NCBI RefSeq assembly: GCF_963921235.1
Contig: NC_086097.1
Span: 31,312,001 to 31,376,000 of the forward strand
Length of the DNA stretch: 64,000 nt
Reading direction: 5' to 3'
Source of the DNA: Mobula hypostoma
Lineage: Eukaryota
Below the pieces are notes generated by a model. The model had not been told where the DNA came from, did not search any database, and saw only the letters and a program-made list of their open reading frames with translations. Positions 50,392 through 63,960 of this stretch are shown here, piece by piece; position 1 is the first letter of the stretch, and the number at the start of each line of letters is the position of its first letter. A program made the position numbers and the translations under genes.

Positions 50392-52244
50392 AGAAACATA
50401 GAAACATAGAAAATAGGTGCAGGAGTAGGCCATTCGGCCCTTCAAGCCTGCACCGCCATTTATTATGATCATGGCTGATCATCCAACTCAGAACCCTGCA
50501 CCAGCCTTCCCTCCATACCCTCTGATCCCCCTAGCCACAAGGGCCATATCTAACTCCCTCTTAAATATAACCAATGAACTGGCCTCAACTGTTTCCTGTG
50601 GCAGAGAATTCCACAGATTCACCACTCTCTGTGTGAAGAAGTTTTTCCTAATCTCAGTCCTAAAAGGCTTTGCCTTTATCCTCAAACCCTGACCCCTCGT
50701 TCTGGACTTCCCCAACATCGGGAACAATCTTCCTGCATCTGGCCTGTCCAATCCCTTTAGGATTTTATACGTTTCAATCAGATTCCCCCTCAATCTTCTA
50801 AATTCCAACGAGTACAAGCCTAGTTCATCCAGTCTTTCTTCATATGAAAGTCCTGCCATCCCAGGAATCAATCTGGTGAACCTTCTTTGTACTCCCTTTA
50901 TGGCAAGGATGTCTCTCCTCAGATTAGGGGACCAAAACTGCACACAATACTCCAGGTGTGGTCTCACCAAGGCCTTGTACAACTGCAGTAGTACCTCCCT
51001 GCTCCTGTACTCGAATCCTCTCGCTATAAATGCCAGCATACCATTCGCCTTTTTCACCGCCTGCTGTACCTGCATGCCCACTTTCAATGACTGGTGTATA
51101 ATGACACCCAGGTCTCATTGCACCTCCCCTTTTCCTAATCGGCCACCATTCAGATAATAATCTGTTTTCCTATTTTTGCCACCAAAGTGGATAACTTCAC
51201 ATTTATCCACATTAAATTGCATCTGCCATGAATTTGCCCACTCACCCAACCTATCCAAGTCACCCTGCATCCTCTTAGCATCCTCCTCACAGTTAACACT
51301 GCCACCCAGCTTCGTGTCATCCGCAAACTTGGAGATGCTGCATTTAATTCCCTCATCCAAGTCATTAATATATATTGTAAACAACTGGAGTCCCAGCACT
51401 GAGCCTTGCGGTACCCCACTAGTCACTGCCTGCCATTCTGAAAAGGTCCCGTTTATTCCCACTCTTTGCTTCCTGTCTGCTAACCAATTCTCTATCCACA
51501 TCAATACCTTACCCCCAATACCATGTGCTTTAAGTTTACACACTAATCTCCTGTGTGGGACCTTGTCAAAAGCCTTTTGAAAATCCAAATATACCACATC
51601 CACTGGTTCTCCCCTATCCACTCTACTAGTTACATCCTCAAAAAATTCTATGAGATTCCTCAGACATGATTTTCCTTTCACAAATCCATGCTGACTTTGT
51701 CCGATGATTTCACCGCTTTCCAAATGTGCTGTTATCACATCTTTGATAACTGACTCCAGCAGTTTCCCCACCACCGACGTTAGGCTAACCGGTCTATAAT
51801 TCCCCGGTTTCTCTCTCCCTCCTTTTTTAAAAAGTGGAGTTACGTTAGCCACCCTCCAATCCTCAGGAACTAGTCCAGAATCTGATGAGTTTTGAAAAAT
51901 TATCACTAATGCATCCACTATTTCTTGGGCTACTTCCTTAAGCACTCTGGGATGCAGACCATCTGGCCCTGGGGATTTATCTGCCTTTAATCCCTTCAAT
52001 TTACCTAACACCACTACCCTACTAACATGTATTTCACTCAGTTCCTCCATCTCACTGGACCCTCTGTCCCCTACTATTTCTGGAAGATTATTTATGTCCT
52101 CCTTAGTGAAGACAGAACCAAAGTAATTATTCAATTGATCTGCCATGTCCTTGCTCCCCATAATCAATTCACCTGTTTCTGTCTGTAGGGGACCTACATT
52201 TGTCTTTACCAGTCTTTTCCTTTTTACATACCTATAAAAGCTTT
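50392..52244 (-). mobile_element. Young CR1, 5'-truncated; RT frame intact except one stop
   Basis: ORFs 51115-52167 and 50488-51087 are in the same frame, separated by a single TGA; full RT motif set. Confidence 0.96.
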
Positions 52245-52789
52245 AAAAGAGAGCAGGTTGTACTGAGACTGGAGAGGATTCAAAGGAGGTTCATGAAAAT
52301 GATTCCAGGATTGAGTGGCTTGTCATAAGAAGAGCATTTCGTGGCTCTGTGCCTGTATTCACTAGAATTCAGAAGAATGAGGGGTAACCTCATTGAGACC
52401 TATTGAATGGTGAAAGGCTTCGACAGAGTGGATGTGGAGAGGATATTTCCTATGGTGGGAGAGTCTACGACCAGAGGAGACAGCGTCAGAATACAGGGGT
52501 ATGCTTCTAGAATGGAGATGAAGAGGGATTTCTTCGGCCAGAAAGTGTTGTATCTGTGGGATTCTTTGCCACAGGCAGTTGTGGAGAGGCTAAGTCTTTA
52601 TATATATTTAAGACAGAGGTTGATAGATTCTTGACTGGTTAGGGCATGAAGGGATATGCGGAGAAGGCAGGAGATTTGGGCCAAGAGGAAAATTGGATCA
52701 GCCATGATGAAATGGCAGAGCAGACTTGATGGGCCAAATGGCCGAATTCAGCTCCTATATCTTATGGTCTTATAAAAGTTTAGCTTTAT

Positions 52790-53013
52790 TAAAGATTAGC
52801 TTCATTTGTCATATATACAGCACATCAAAACATACAGCGAGATGCACAACTTACTAACCCCAACCTGTACGTCTTTAGAATGTGGGAGGAAACCGAACAC
52901 CCAAAGGGAACCCACACGATCGCTGGGAGAACATACCAACTCCTTACAGACAGCAGCTGGAATTGAACCCAGATCACTAGCACAGTAAAGCATTACGCTG
53001 GCCGCTATACTAC
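52790..53013 (-). mobile_element. V-SINE
   Basis: Minus strand GGTAGTATAGCGGCCAGC...GGGTTCAATTCC (A and B boxes) plus V-domain. Confidence 0.85.
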
Positions 53014-53144
53014 CAGGACATGCAGCAAGTTCAACTGGGCATATTTTGTGTGTATAATCTGTAGCAACTTAAGATACCAACGGTCTGGTAGTTACAGGGG
53101 CAGCTGGGGGATCTGGGTGCAAGTGATGGGAGAAAACAGATTAC

Positions 53145-55435
53145 AAGTTCAAGTTTACTGTCATCTGATTGTACATATATACAACCAAATGAAATGATGT
53201 TCCTCTAGACGACAGTGCACCCAAACAACATACATCACACACAACACATAAACCATTATACCATGAAAAGTTAAAATATAATTCAAAATGCATGTTGTAA
53301 AACACAGAACAGGTAAACAATAAACAATATAGTAAACAGCTTGCACTCCTATTAATGAGATCTTGGTGGTAGGAGGGTATTCATTAGTCTCACAGCCTGA
53401 GGGAAGAAGCTGTTACCCAGGCTACGTCCACACTAGACTGGATAAGTCCATAACCGAAGCGTTTTCTCTTCGTTTTGACCCTCCGTCCACACTGAAATGG
53501 CGCTTTCCTCCCCCGAAAACGGAGTTTTTCTAAAACACTCTCCAGAGTGTTTAAATCTGAAAACGCCGGTTGGCCGTTGTAGTATGTACGGGGTAACCGG
53601 CTAATTTTAAAAACGCTGTCATGACGTGCCGGAACAAATGGTGGCGGCAGCGCGGTATTTCATTGTCTTGAACGCAACCTCCAACACCACAACAACAATA
53701 TCTGACAATAGATGTGTAACAGCCTAATGTAACATTGTATGGAAATACAAGATAACACTGATACAGACATGTTTTATACATTTAACAAGGTGCTTTATTA
53801 ATGTATTGCTTGTGCAAACATTCAATAGATGTAATTGTCATTTTTGCCCAGTAACTCATTTTATTGCACATGTTAAATACAGCAAAATAATACAGAAAGA
53901 CATGGCAAAAGTAAAGGCAAACAAATAAGGTAACGGCAAATTTCACCTTTGTCCAGTAACAAGCCTTATTGCATTTAGTTGTAGCTGTCGTCCCTTTCAT
54001 CAGTGAAGAGACTATGGCTGTAGGAACTGTTGCTGGACAAGCGCACACCAAGTGTTGAAGTCAGTGCCACTGGCCAACCATTTAGGCCAATTACTATTGC
54101 TCTCTTGGGCAACAGAATGATGGTGGCTGTCTTGAAGCCTGGCGAGACAGTGGACTGTTTCAGAGAGATATTAAAGATGTCTGCGACCTCTGTTAGCAGA
54201 CCTGACCAGGTACGTTACCAGGCCTACAGCTTTGCACAAGTTTACCTTGGCTAGGATCCTCCTCACCTTGACTGCAACCAGTCAGGGCACCTGTTCCTCA
54301 GAAAGAGAGGGGGCTATCCTCAATGTCACATCATTGAACTGGTCAAACCCTGTATAAAAAGCATTCAGTCTATCAGGAAAGGAGTCGTCGCTGTTGGTGA
54401 TGCACAGAGTGGACATGTAATCTGTGATGGTTTATATACCTTGCGTCATGCACCGCGTGTCCTTGGCATCACAAAGATGTCTGTAGACTTTCTGTGCACT
54501 TTGCCTTCCTGATGGCATGGGAGGGCACAATTCTTGCTGACAGAGTTGTCCTGTCCCGATCTAAAAGCAGCATCCAGATCCCTAAATATTGCACAAACCT
54601 CTGCAGTCAGCCATGGTCTCTGGTTTTCCCTGGAAGTGTAGTGTTTAATCACAATAATGCCCTCAATGCACTTTCCTGTGTGGCCAGTCACCGATCCCAA
54701 ATATTCATCACGTTGATGTGATGACTGTAGGTAGTCGCCTCCCTGAATATGCTCCTGTCCGTGCTTTCGTAACAGTCCTACAACGCTAAGGTGGCACCTT
54801 CTGGCCGGGTCCTGATCTCTTTGTGAATTGGTTTGACTTGTTTAGCCAGCGGTCTGTACGCAGAGATTAGCAAAGTGGATATGTAGTCTAAACATCCAAG
54901 GTGAGGGCAGGGGATAGCCTTGAAGGCTCCACGAACGTTGATATAAACCAGGTCAGATATATTCCCTTCTCTGGTTGTGAAGTTGACATGCTGGCAGAAT
55001 TTTGGCAGGACTGTTTTTTAGTTGGCATGATTGCAGCCACCAACAACATCTGGATGAGTGGTTTCGAGGTTGCAGATGGCACCGTAGAGTTCCTGCAGCA
55101 CTTCCCTAGCACACAGCACGGGGGGTGGGGGCGTAAACAGCAATAATCACAATGGCAGTGAACTCCCTCAGTAAGTAGAAGGGCCTGCACTTCACCATTC
55201 AAAACCCTTTCTGCAGTGAGCAGTGGGCCATTACTACCGAGGCATTCACATACCAGTTGTTATTGATGTAGATAAACAGTTCTCTTCCACAGGTCTTGCC
55301 AGAGGTTGCAGCATATCTGTCCACCCAATAGGAGATTAGCAAATAGCTCAATTGCCAAGTCTGAAATGGTGTCTTGAAGCCATGTTTTGGGCAGGACAAG
55401 TGTGCAACAGTCCCTCATCTCCTGCTGGTTCAAAC
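53145..55435 (-). mobile_element. Degraded Rex1/Babar-like LINE (endonuclease and RT N-terminal remnants, 3' UTR)
   Basis: Minus strand at 54050-54200 reads DIFNISLKQSTVSPGFKTATIILLPK..PVALTS; NQRPWLT; tail CAAGTTCAAGTT at 53143. Confidence 0.75.
53420..54020 (+). mobile_element. PIF/Harbinger-like element, one end only
   Basis: Begins GGCTACGTCCACACTA, a typical vertebrate Harbinger TIR; second TIR not found, so the right boundary is uncertain. Confidence 0.65.
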
Positions 55436-55832
55436 AGATAGATAGATACCTTATTGATCCCAAAGGGAGTTACAATGTCACAGTAGCATTACAAGTACAC
55501 AGATATACAAGTATACAAATACTAGAAGAGAAGTAAGAAAGAATAAAAAGTTAGTTACCTTAAACAGTTATCTTCAACACAAGAGGGTCACCATTTCCCC
55601 AGCTGTAGGTTGACTCATTATAAAGTCTCATGGCCGAGGGTGAGAACAACCTCATATAGAGCTCCTCAGATCAGTGCAGTTGTCTTTGTCTACTACTGAA
55701 AGTGCTCCCCTGTTCAGCCAAGGTGGCATGCAGAGGGCAAGAAACATTGTCCAGAATTGCCAGGATTTTCCATAGGATCCTTCGTTCTATCACATCACAG
55801 CCAGCCTTTATAATCAGTTTATTGAGCCTGTT

Positions 55833-58800
55833 CTCCTACAAAATCCTACCTTGGCGCTTCACAGTGGCGTAGGAATGATACTGGCTGAACATCAGCGAAG
55901 TACGGCGGAGATTCGTTCTCTGGCAGGTCTAACCTAGCGTGAAGGTGACGTTCTGTCGGCATCAGATTTGGAAGCCCAGAGAGACTGTATGGTGGGGGCA
56001 CGACACCATCTGTCTTATTACTGTGCAAGGCGTGTTGGAGTAGAGTTTCTGAATGGCGTGGAAAGCCCTGTGGCAATGGAGGCCATGTGAAGGCAGCAGG
56101 CTTGAGGAGCTGGAAGCTGCTAGCATGAACTCTGCACATAGGCGGCTCACATAAGATGGTCGCTGCCTTGTTGAGTTTTCTGAGCAACAACAGGGTTGAG
56201 GCAGCTACGTGAGTGTCCGGGCAGCCCTTTTTAGGAATAGCACTGCCCACCCTGGAAGGGGAAGCCACTAGAAAAGGTGGGGTAAAGAAAGCTTGCTCAG
56301 ATTTCACCTGGCTGGCTCACCGCAGCCAACGGGTCTTCACCACTGCGCTAAGAAGTTTAAGAAGATGAAATTGATTGTTGCCACATGGAATGTGCGAACA
56401 ATGCTGGATAACGACTCAAGACCGGAAAGGAGAACTGCTTTGACAGCTAAGGAATTGGCAAGATACAAGATTGATATTGCTGCATGCCAAGAGACAAGGA
56501 TTGAAGGACAAGGTCAGATCCAAGAAAATTCTCATACTTTCTTTTGGATTGGGAAAACCAACGAAAGGAGAGATGCAGGTGTAGCCTTTGCTATTTCCAA
56601 CAAGATTGCTAGTAAATCGCCAACACTTCTGATAGGGATATCTGAAAGGATCATGCAACTACGTGTTCCCATGGGAAAGAATCGTTTCCTGAGTTTGATC
56701 AATGCGTATGCACCAACCATGGCATATTCTGACGAAGACAAGAAGTCCTTCTATCAGGAACTGGCTGAAGTAACTGATAATATCCCTAGGGCAGACAAGT
56801 TGCTCATCTTGGGAGATTTCAATGCCAGGGTAGGCATGAATCACAGTACCTATGAAGGCGTCATTGGCAAATTTGGTCAAGGCAGAAAGAACACCAGTGG
56901 TGACCTTATGCTAAACTTCTGCGTTCAGAAGAAATTGGGTATTACCAACACTTTCTTTTGTCAACCCGAGAAGAACTACTTCACCTGGATGCACCCAAGG
57001 TCAAAGCATCTCTATTTGCTTGACTACGTTGTGATTCGCACAGCAGATATGCCGGAGGTTCTATCGACATAAGGAATGCATGGAGCAGAGTGCTCACTTG
57101 ATCATTACATGGTACGATCACAACTTAGACTTAAACTGCTGCTGCCAAGGCGAAAAACACCCAGTGCAGCACCCAAGAAGTTGGATGTCAACAAGTTGAC
57201 CAGTGAGGAATATCAGAGGAGACTTGTCACAGCATTGACATTATCTCTCCAAGAAGACAAAGACCCTCTCAATGACCCAACCAATACTGAAGAATGCTGG
57301 AAGCAGCTCAAGAAAACCATCCATTCAACTGCAAGTGCGGTGTTTGGTCACCCTAAGAGTAAAACTCCTGATTGGTTTCAAGAACAGAATGATTCAATTC
57401 CAGAACTGTTGGAGATGAAACAAAGGCTTTATATGTGTCACTTGAAAGAGAACTCTGAAAGAAGCAAAGCAGCATTTAAGGCCGTGAAAGCCAAAGTTCA
57501 AAGGGAGATCAGGGCTATGAAGACCAACTGGTGGAATAAGAAAGCAGAAGAACTGCAAACAATGTCAGACAGGAATGACTACCATGGGCTCTTCTCAGGA
57601 CTGAAAGCTACCTATGGTCCAAGAAGCAATACAGTGACCCCAGTAAAAACTGCAAATGGGAGCAATCTATGCATTGACAGGAAAGACATCATTGAGCGAT
57701 GGAAAGAACACTTCTGTAACCTTATAAACCAACAAGGTGCGGCTGACCTCAATGCATGTAAAAGGCTCACAACTAGACTGGTAAGAGAAGAGCGATGTGG
57801 ACTCATCACTATGACAGAACTTAATAAGGCTTTAGAAGATACCAGAAGTGGTAAAGCACCCGGGCAAGACGGCATTCCATCAGATGTACTGAAGCAAGGT
57901 GGTCCTGCTCTGAAGACTGAACTGTTAAACTTATATAATGCTTGTTGGCAGAGTTGATATCTCCCTCAGGACTTCAAAGATGCGCTGATAGTCACCATCT
58001 ACAAGAAGAAAGGCGACTGTAGTGTTTGTGGAAACCACTGAGGAATCTCCCTTCTGTCCACAGCTGGGAAGATTATGGCGAAGATACTGCTCAGCCGGCT
58101 CAAGATCATCTCAGAAGATGTGCTTCCTGAAAGCCAATGTGGCTTTAGGGCTGGAAGAGCAACCACTGACATGATTTTTACTTTGAGGCAACTCCAGGAG
58201 AAGGCGGTAGAACAGCAGCAACCATTGTACATTGTCTTTGTTGATTTCTCAAAAGCATTTGATATGGTGGACAGAGAAACACTCTGGGAAGTGCACAAAA
58301 CTTATGGCTGTCCAGATAGGCTGGTTACGATGATCAAGTTGTTTCATGAGAACATATCTGGCAAAGTATCTATTGGAGGAGATGTCAGCGAAGACTTCAC
58401 CATCAACCACGGGGTAAAACAGGAAGCGTTCCTGCTCCAACTTTGTTTACACTATATCTTGCTGCAGTTTTGGAAATAATGGACCATAATTTGGACAAAG
58501 GTGTGTACATCAGGACTCGCTGAGATGGAAAATTGTTCAACCTGTCAAGACTCAAAGCCTCAACCAAATCAAGAGAGAGATGCGTCAGAGAACTTTTGTA
58601 TTTAGACGACTCAGCCCTGGTTGCTACTGATGTTAATGTGATTCAAGAAATTGTAGACCGCTTCTCATTTGTTGCCGCTCTTTCTGGCCTAAGAATCAAT
58701 GTCTCCAAAACCGAACTTCTGTACCAGTCTCCTCCTCTGTGTAGTCCGAGTGAGACCAAACCACCAGTCATATCGATCAATGGGGTAGTGCTGAAATATT

Positions 58801-59590
58801 CTGACTCTTTCACATACTTAGGAAGTGCTGTGACCAACACCAACTCATCAGATCTGGAAGTTGAGAGGAGAATTCAATCAGCTACAAAAGACTTTGGTGC
58901 TTTGCAGAAGCGACTTTGGTCTTGCCACGACATTAAAATGGCAACCAACGTCAAAGTGTATAACACAGGTGTTTTACCATCTCTGCTTCATTCAACTGAA
59001 ACAATGACATTGTATCGGAAGCACATCAAGAAATTGACCAAGACACAACATGGGCATTTAATCAACACAGGCATTTACACTAAATATTACACATCAAGTG
59101 GCAAGAGAGGGTACCGGATGTGGAGGTGCTCAAACGTGCTGGGACAGTCAGTGTAGAATTGCTCATTACAGCTTCTCAGCTACATTGGACTAGTCATGTC
59201 ACAAGAATGAGCGATGATCGTTTACCCAAAGCTGTTTTCTATGGCGAGCTACGTGAAGGAACGAGGAAGCATGGTGGTCAGAAGCTGCCCTACAAAGACG
59301 TGCTCAAGCACCAGATGAAGAACACTGACATGAATGTCAACCCCTGAGACAGAAGAAGTTGGCACTGCATTGTCAATAAGTCAATCACAGCTATCAAGGA
59401 AAAAAGGTAGAAGGAATATGAAGCAGGTCATGAACGCAGACATTCAGTGCTAGACCAGTCAAATCACAAATGCAACCGATGCGGGAGACAGTGCCAATCC
59501 AGTGCTGGTCTTGTGGCTCATAAACGTGCCTGTAGAGACTAAACTCTCAGCACAGTCAACATCGAAATGGATGGACAGCCGAAGAAGAAG
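55833..59590 (+). mobile_element. RTE-clade LINE (RTE-2, a different family), complete ORF span but inactivated
   Basis: Endonuclease ATWNVRTM, CQETRI, LGDFNARVG; RT QCGFRAGR, DFSKAFD, YLDD; CNRCGRQC..GLVAHKRAC; (GAA)n tail; TSD TGAGCCTGTT at 55823-55832 and 59593-59602; inserted into a Rex1-like remnant. Confidence 0.96.
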
Positions 59591-60949
59591 ACTGAGCCTG
59601 TTGGATCACCCATGTTGATGCCATTGCACACCACTGCATAGAAGAATGTACTGGCAGCAACAGACTGGTAGAACATGTGAAGGAGAGGCCTGCATACTCC
59701 ATAGGACCCCAGAGACAGACACATGTTATCCGTTTATTTTCCTGTGATTGGACGTTAGGGAAGCGCGACCCTGCAGGGATCCACTTTAAGTCTCCCTTTA
59801 ATACCAGATGTGTTTACCGTGCTTCTGCATTCAAGGGCATCACTTCCGACAGCCACTTCCCTGAGGAGCTGTAGTAAGACCATGGAGGTGTTTTATCAGA
59901 GGGAAATAAAGTGTCAAAAGGCATGATGTGATGGCTCTAAGCTGGCATTGATTTAACAGTCTGGATTCAAGATTGTTTATTCTCATACTTCAGAACAAAT
60001 ATAAAGGAGAACAAAACCTCCTTTACATTGTTATCCACACAATAGGTTGTTTGATTGTTACTCTAGATCAATGCAACATTAAAAAAAACAATGAGCATAA
60101 AGAACACAATAAAAACCACAAAAAAAGCACCAGTATAAAACAAAGTACAAGTAACTGTTATATACTGTACAGAGAAACACACAGTCGTGATGAAGGGTCT
60201 CAGCCCAAATGTCGACAGTTTACTCTTTTTCTTAGATGCTACGGCCGTTGAATTCCTCCAGCATTTTGAATGTTTTGCTTTGGATCTCCAGCATCGGCAG
60301 ATTTCATGTTTTTAGTATATTGTACACAGACTGATTCTATGTACGAAAAGTGACACTAGGTGATGTGTATATAGTGGTGGTGCGGTGTGCTAATGGGTGG
60401 AGGTGTGGATCAGCCTGACAGCTTGGCAGAAGGACTGTTTTTGAGTCCAGTGGTCCTGGCTTGGATACTCTGTAGCTTCTTCCCTGATGAAAGTGTGATA
60501 AACAGTCCACTAGCAGGGTGGATGGAATCTTTCATGACGTTACTAGCCCTTTTTCCAGCACCTTTCTCTATCTATATCCCTGATGGTGGGTAGGATGGTG
60601 TCAGTGATGCACTGGGCAATTTTAGCTACCTGTTGTAGAGCCCTCCTGTCCACCTATGTTGTAAACACAGATGAAAATTAGTTCATGCTACTGCAAAAGT
60701 ATTGAGTTAACAGATAGGTGAAACAGTGGTGCAGAGTGAAGATGCCTCACTGGGCTGAATTGTGGCCTTTGGTGCAGTATACACGGACTTTGCACGTTCT
60801 CCACATGATCGTACAATTTCCCCGCGACTCTCTGATTTCCTTTCACGTCCCAAAGATGTTCTGGTTTGGATAAGTGGCTCCTGTACATTGCGAGAGTCAA
60901 ATAACCAACTGGGAGTTATACAGCAGGGAATCAGGCCCTTTGGCTCAAC

Positions 60950-61370
60950 TCTGGAATTTAGAAGAATGAGTGAGAGGTGGGATCTTATTGAAACCTATCG
61001 AAAATTGAAAAGCCTAGATAGAGTGGATGTGGAGAGGATGGTTCCTGCAGTGGGGAATCTAGAACCAGAGGCACAGCCTCAGAATGGAAGGACATCCCTT
61101 TAGAACAGAGATGAGGAGGAATTTCTTTTGGCAGAGAGAGTGGTTAATCTGCTGAATTCACTGCCACAGACAGCTATGAGGCCAAGTCATTGGATATATT
61201 CAAAAGTGGAGATTTGATTGGTTCTTGATTAGTAAGGGCATCAAAGATTACATGGAGAAGGCAGAATGGGGTTAAGAGGGGAAAATACATCAGACATGAT
61301 CAAATGGCAGTGCAGACTCGATGGGTCAAACGAGCTAATTCTGCTTCTATGATTTATGGTCTTATGTTCT
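60950..61370 (+). mobile_element. CR1 3' fragment
   Basis: LEFRRM..DLIETYRKLKSLDRVDVERM; 3' UTR. Confidence 0.85.
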
Positions 61371-62234
61371 TTCTTACGATGGTATTGTAAGAAAGAAGAT
61401 GAGGATGAGAACTCAGGATATCAGCCACAGTCTGATTGCTGTCCACACCACCCACCAGCAGAGCAATCCCATCAGTTACATTCACTGTCATTATCTGCAC
61501 TCTTTGCTTTGCCACTTACCTAGCGCAAGGATCATTTACAGTAGCCAATTAACCTACTAGCATTTTGTTGCCCTCCTTTCACAGTGGTATAAAAGTCTTA
61601 TTTGTTGCTCACCTTGTCAGAGATGAGAAAAATAAATTTAGAAAGACCAGTTTGGAATATGCTGGAGATGCATCAGGTTTATTGTGAAGTTGCGTGCCAG
61701 TGAACATTCAGTTTGGGTTTGTTCCAATAGCAAAGCTGAGTGCACCCTCAAGATATGCAACTGCCGTATTGGCTCTTTGGAACCATCATTGCCTCTTCTA
61801 CCCTTCCTTATAACCTCATTCAACTTGACGAACTAGTTGCTTCACTGGCCCTGACCAACTCCATATTAAAAGCAGATTCAGGGTTTCAACAGAATTGTCA
61901 ACGATTCCTTTTCCTCGACAAATGCTGCTCAATTTGCTGAGCTCCTGGATGAGCAACTGCTTTCATGAGCAGGGATCATTAGATTTCTGAGCCACGTAAA
62001 TAATCTCAGAAATACTGATATGGTAGTTAGCACACAAATATCTTCTGTTCAAGATTCAGCTTGCTGTCTTTCACACCAAGACCATCTTTTATGCAGTAAA
62101 TGCTCCAAATCATGAATAGTGAAACACATACATATTCAATCACACTGTAAATCTGAAATGCTCAAACACATATAATATGAGCACAAAACATTATAAAACA
62201 AATCTTAAACGGATTTTCTGTATCCGTATTTACT

Positions 62235-62475
62235 CGGGAGCCAATCAAGAACCTATCAATCTCTGCCTTAACTACACCCAACAACCTGGCCTCCACAGCT
62301 GCATACAGTAACAAATTCCACAAATTCACCACCCTCTGGCTAGAGAAATTTCTCCGCATCTCTGTTTTAAATGAACGCCCCTCTATCCTGAGGCTGTTCC
62401 CTCTTGTCCTAGACTCCACCACCACGGGAAACATCCTTTCCACATCTACTCTGTCTGGCCTTTCAACATTTGAAA
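62235..62475 (-). mobile_element. CR1 fragment
   Basis: ERMFPVVVESRTRGNSLRIEG..QRVVNLWN. Confidence 0.88.
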
Positions 62476-62479
62476 GGTG

Positions 62480-62615
62480 TGAATAGCTAATTTCTGTGGA
62501 CTGATGAAGTTAAAATAGAACTTGTTTTTTTAAACTTTATGCCTTTGGAAATCAGTGCATCTATTCACAGTAACAGAAATTTTGACCGGGGTGCCCAAAC
62601 TTTTGCATGCCACTG
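62480..62615. mobile_element. Tc1-like terminal remnant
   Basis: GGGGTGCCCAAACTTTTGCATGCCACTG followed by TA. Confidence 0.7.
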
Positions 62616-62619
62616 TACA

Positions 62620-63170
62620 TAAAACCTGAGACCTCACTTTGAGTACCATGTTCAGTTCTGGCCACGTCATTACAGGAAAGCTGTGGATGCTATAGAGAGA
62701 GAGAGCAGAGAAGACTTACAAGGATGTTGCCTAAATTGGAGAGTATGCCTAATGAGGATAGGTTGAGTGACCTTGGCCTTTTCTCCCTGAAGTGACAGAG
62801 GATGAGAGGTCACCTGGTAGAGGTGTATTAGATGACGAGAGGCACTATCGTGTGGATATCCAGGGGCATTTTCCCAGGGCTGAAATGGCTAACACAAGGG
62901 GGCATAGTTTTAAGGTGCTTGGAGGTAGGTATGGGGGGGATGTCGAAGGTAAGTTTTTCATACAGTGGTGGGTATGTGGGCTGCACTGCCAGCAACAGTG
63001 GTAGAGGTGGATACAATAGGGTCTTTTAAGAGACGGTACATGGAGCTTAGAAAAATAAAGGTCTATGCAGTTGGGAAATTCTAGGCCGTTTCTAGAGTCG
63101 GATGCATGGTCGACACAGCATTATGGGCTGAAGGGCCTGTAATGTGCTGCAGATTTCTTTGTTGTATGTT
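62620..63170 (+). mobile_element. CR1 3' fragment
   Basis: Degraded RPHFEY..QFW and FPRAEMANTRGHSFKVLG; 3' UTR. Confidence 0.88.
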
Positions 63171-63399
63171 CAAACATTTATATATTCAGTTCCTTAGAAT
63201 ATCTTCCCATAACTTTCCCACAACTGATGTCAGACTCACTGGCCTATAATTTCCTGATTTACGTTTAGAGCCATTTTTGAACAGCGGAACAGCATTGCCT
63301 ATCCTCCAATCCCCTGGTACTTCTCCTATCGCTAGGAATGACTTAAATGTCTCTGCTAGGGCCACGGCAATGTCTGCATTTGCCTCCCGTAGACTTGGG

Positions 63400-63960
63400 T
63401 AAGTTGTCCGGGTAAATTTCTGTTAAGTTTCCCTTTTTACTTACTATGTCAGGGGTACTTAGTCCAGTTTAAATGGCCATTGTGTGTTCTTCATGCTGGA
63501 TGCTGGAGTCCTGGGAGACCCAGAGTCTCGCAGGGAACTACATCTGTGTGAAGTGCATCCAGCTGCAGCTCATTGAAGTCCATGTTAGGGATGTGGAGCA
63601 GCAGCTGGATGGCCTTTGGCTTGCACAGAAGAGTGAGGAGATCATTGATTGCAGTTACAGGGAAGTAGTCATCCTTGAGTTGCAGGAGGCAGGTAGCTGG
63701 GTGAATGCCAAGAGAAGGAATGGGAAGGTGAATAGCAGTTAGTGCAGAGCACCCCTGTGGCCATTCCACTCAATCAGTATACTGTTTTGGATACTGTTGT
63801 GGGGGTTGACCTCCCAGGTGAATGCCACGGAGACCAGGTTACTGGCACTGAGCATAGGTCCGTGGTGCAGAAGTGAGAGATGGAGAAGAGAGGACTCAAT
63901 AGTCAAGAGGAACAGACAGGAGATCCTGTGGATGTGAACATGACACCCAGATGGTATGTG
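63400..63960 (+). mobile_element. CR1 ORF1 fragment
   Basis: IVCSSCWM..NYICVKCIQLQL zinc finger and coiled coil, homologous to the ORF1 pieces at 34014 and 48310. Confidence 0.82.

Larger units (their letters stand above)
48150..52772 (+). mobile_element. Old internally deleted CR1 (5' UTR/ORF1 remnant to 3' UTR) hosting Penelope and young CR1 inserts
   Basis: DYNCEKCIQLQ (ORF1); HGFLKGKSCL, FADD, VRPQLEYCQQFW; resumes at 52255; tail TATGGTCTTAT. Confidence 0.88.

Noticed and set aside
52930..53013. tRNA gene (A and B boxes)
   Set aside because: It is a SINE head joined to a V-domain; no complete cloverleaf is evident.
55833..56200. HDV-like ribozyme at the RTE-2 5' end
   Set aside because: I could not build the P1-P4 pseudoknot; the copy is probably truncated within its 5' UTR.
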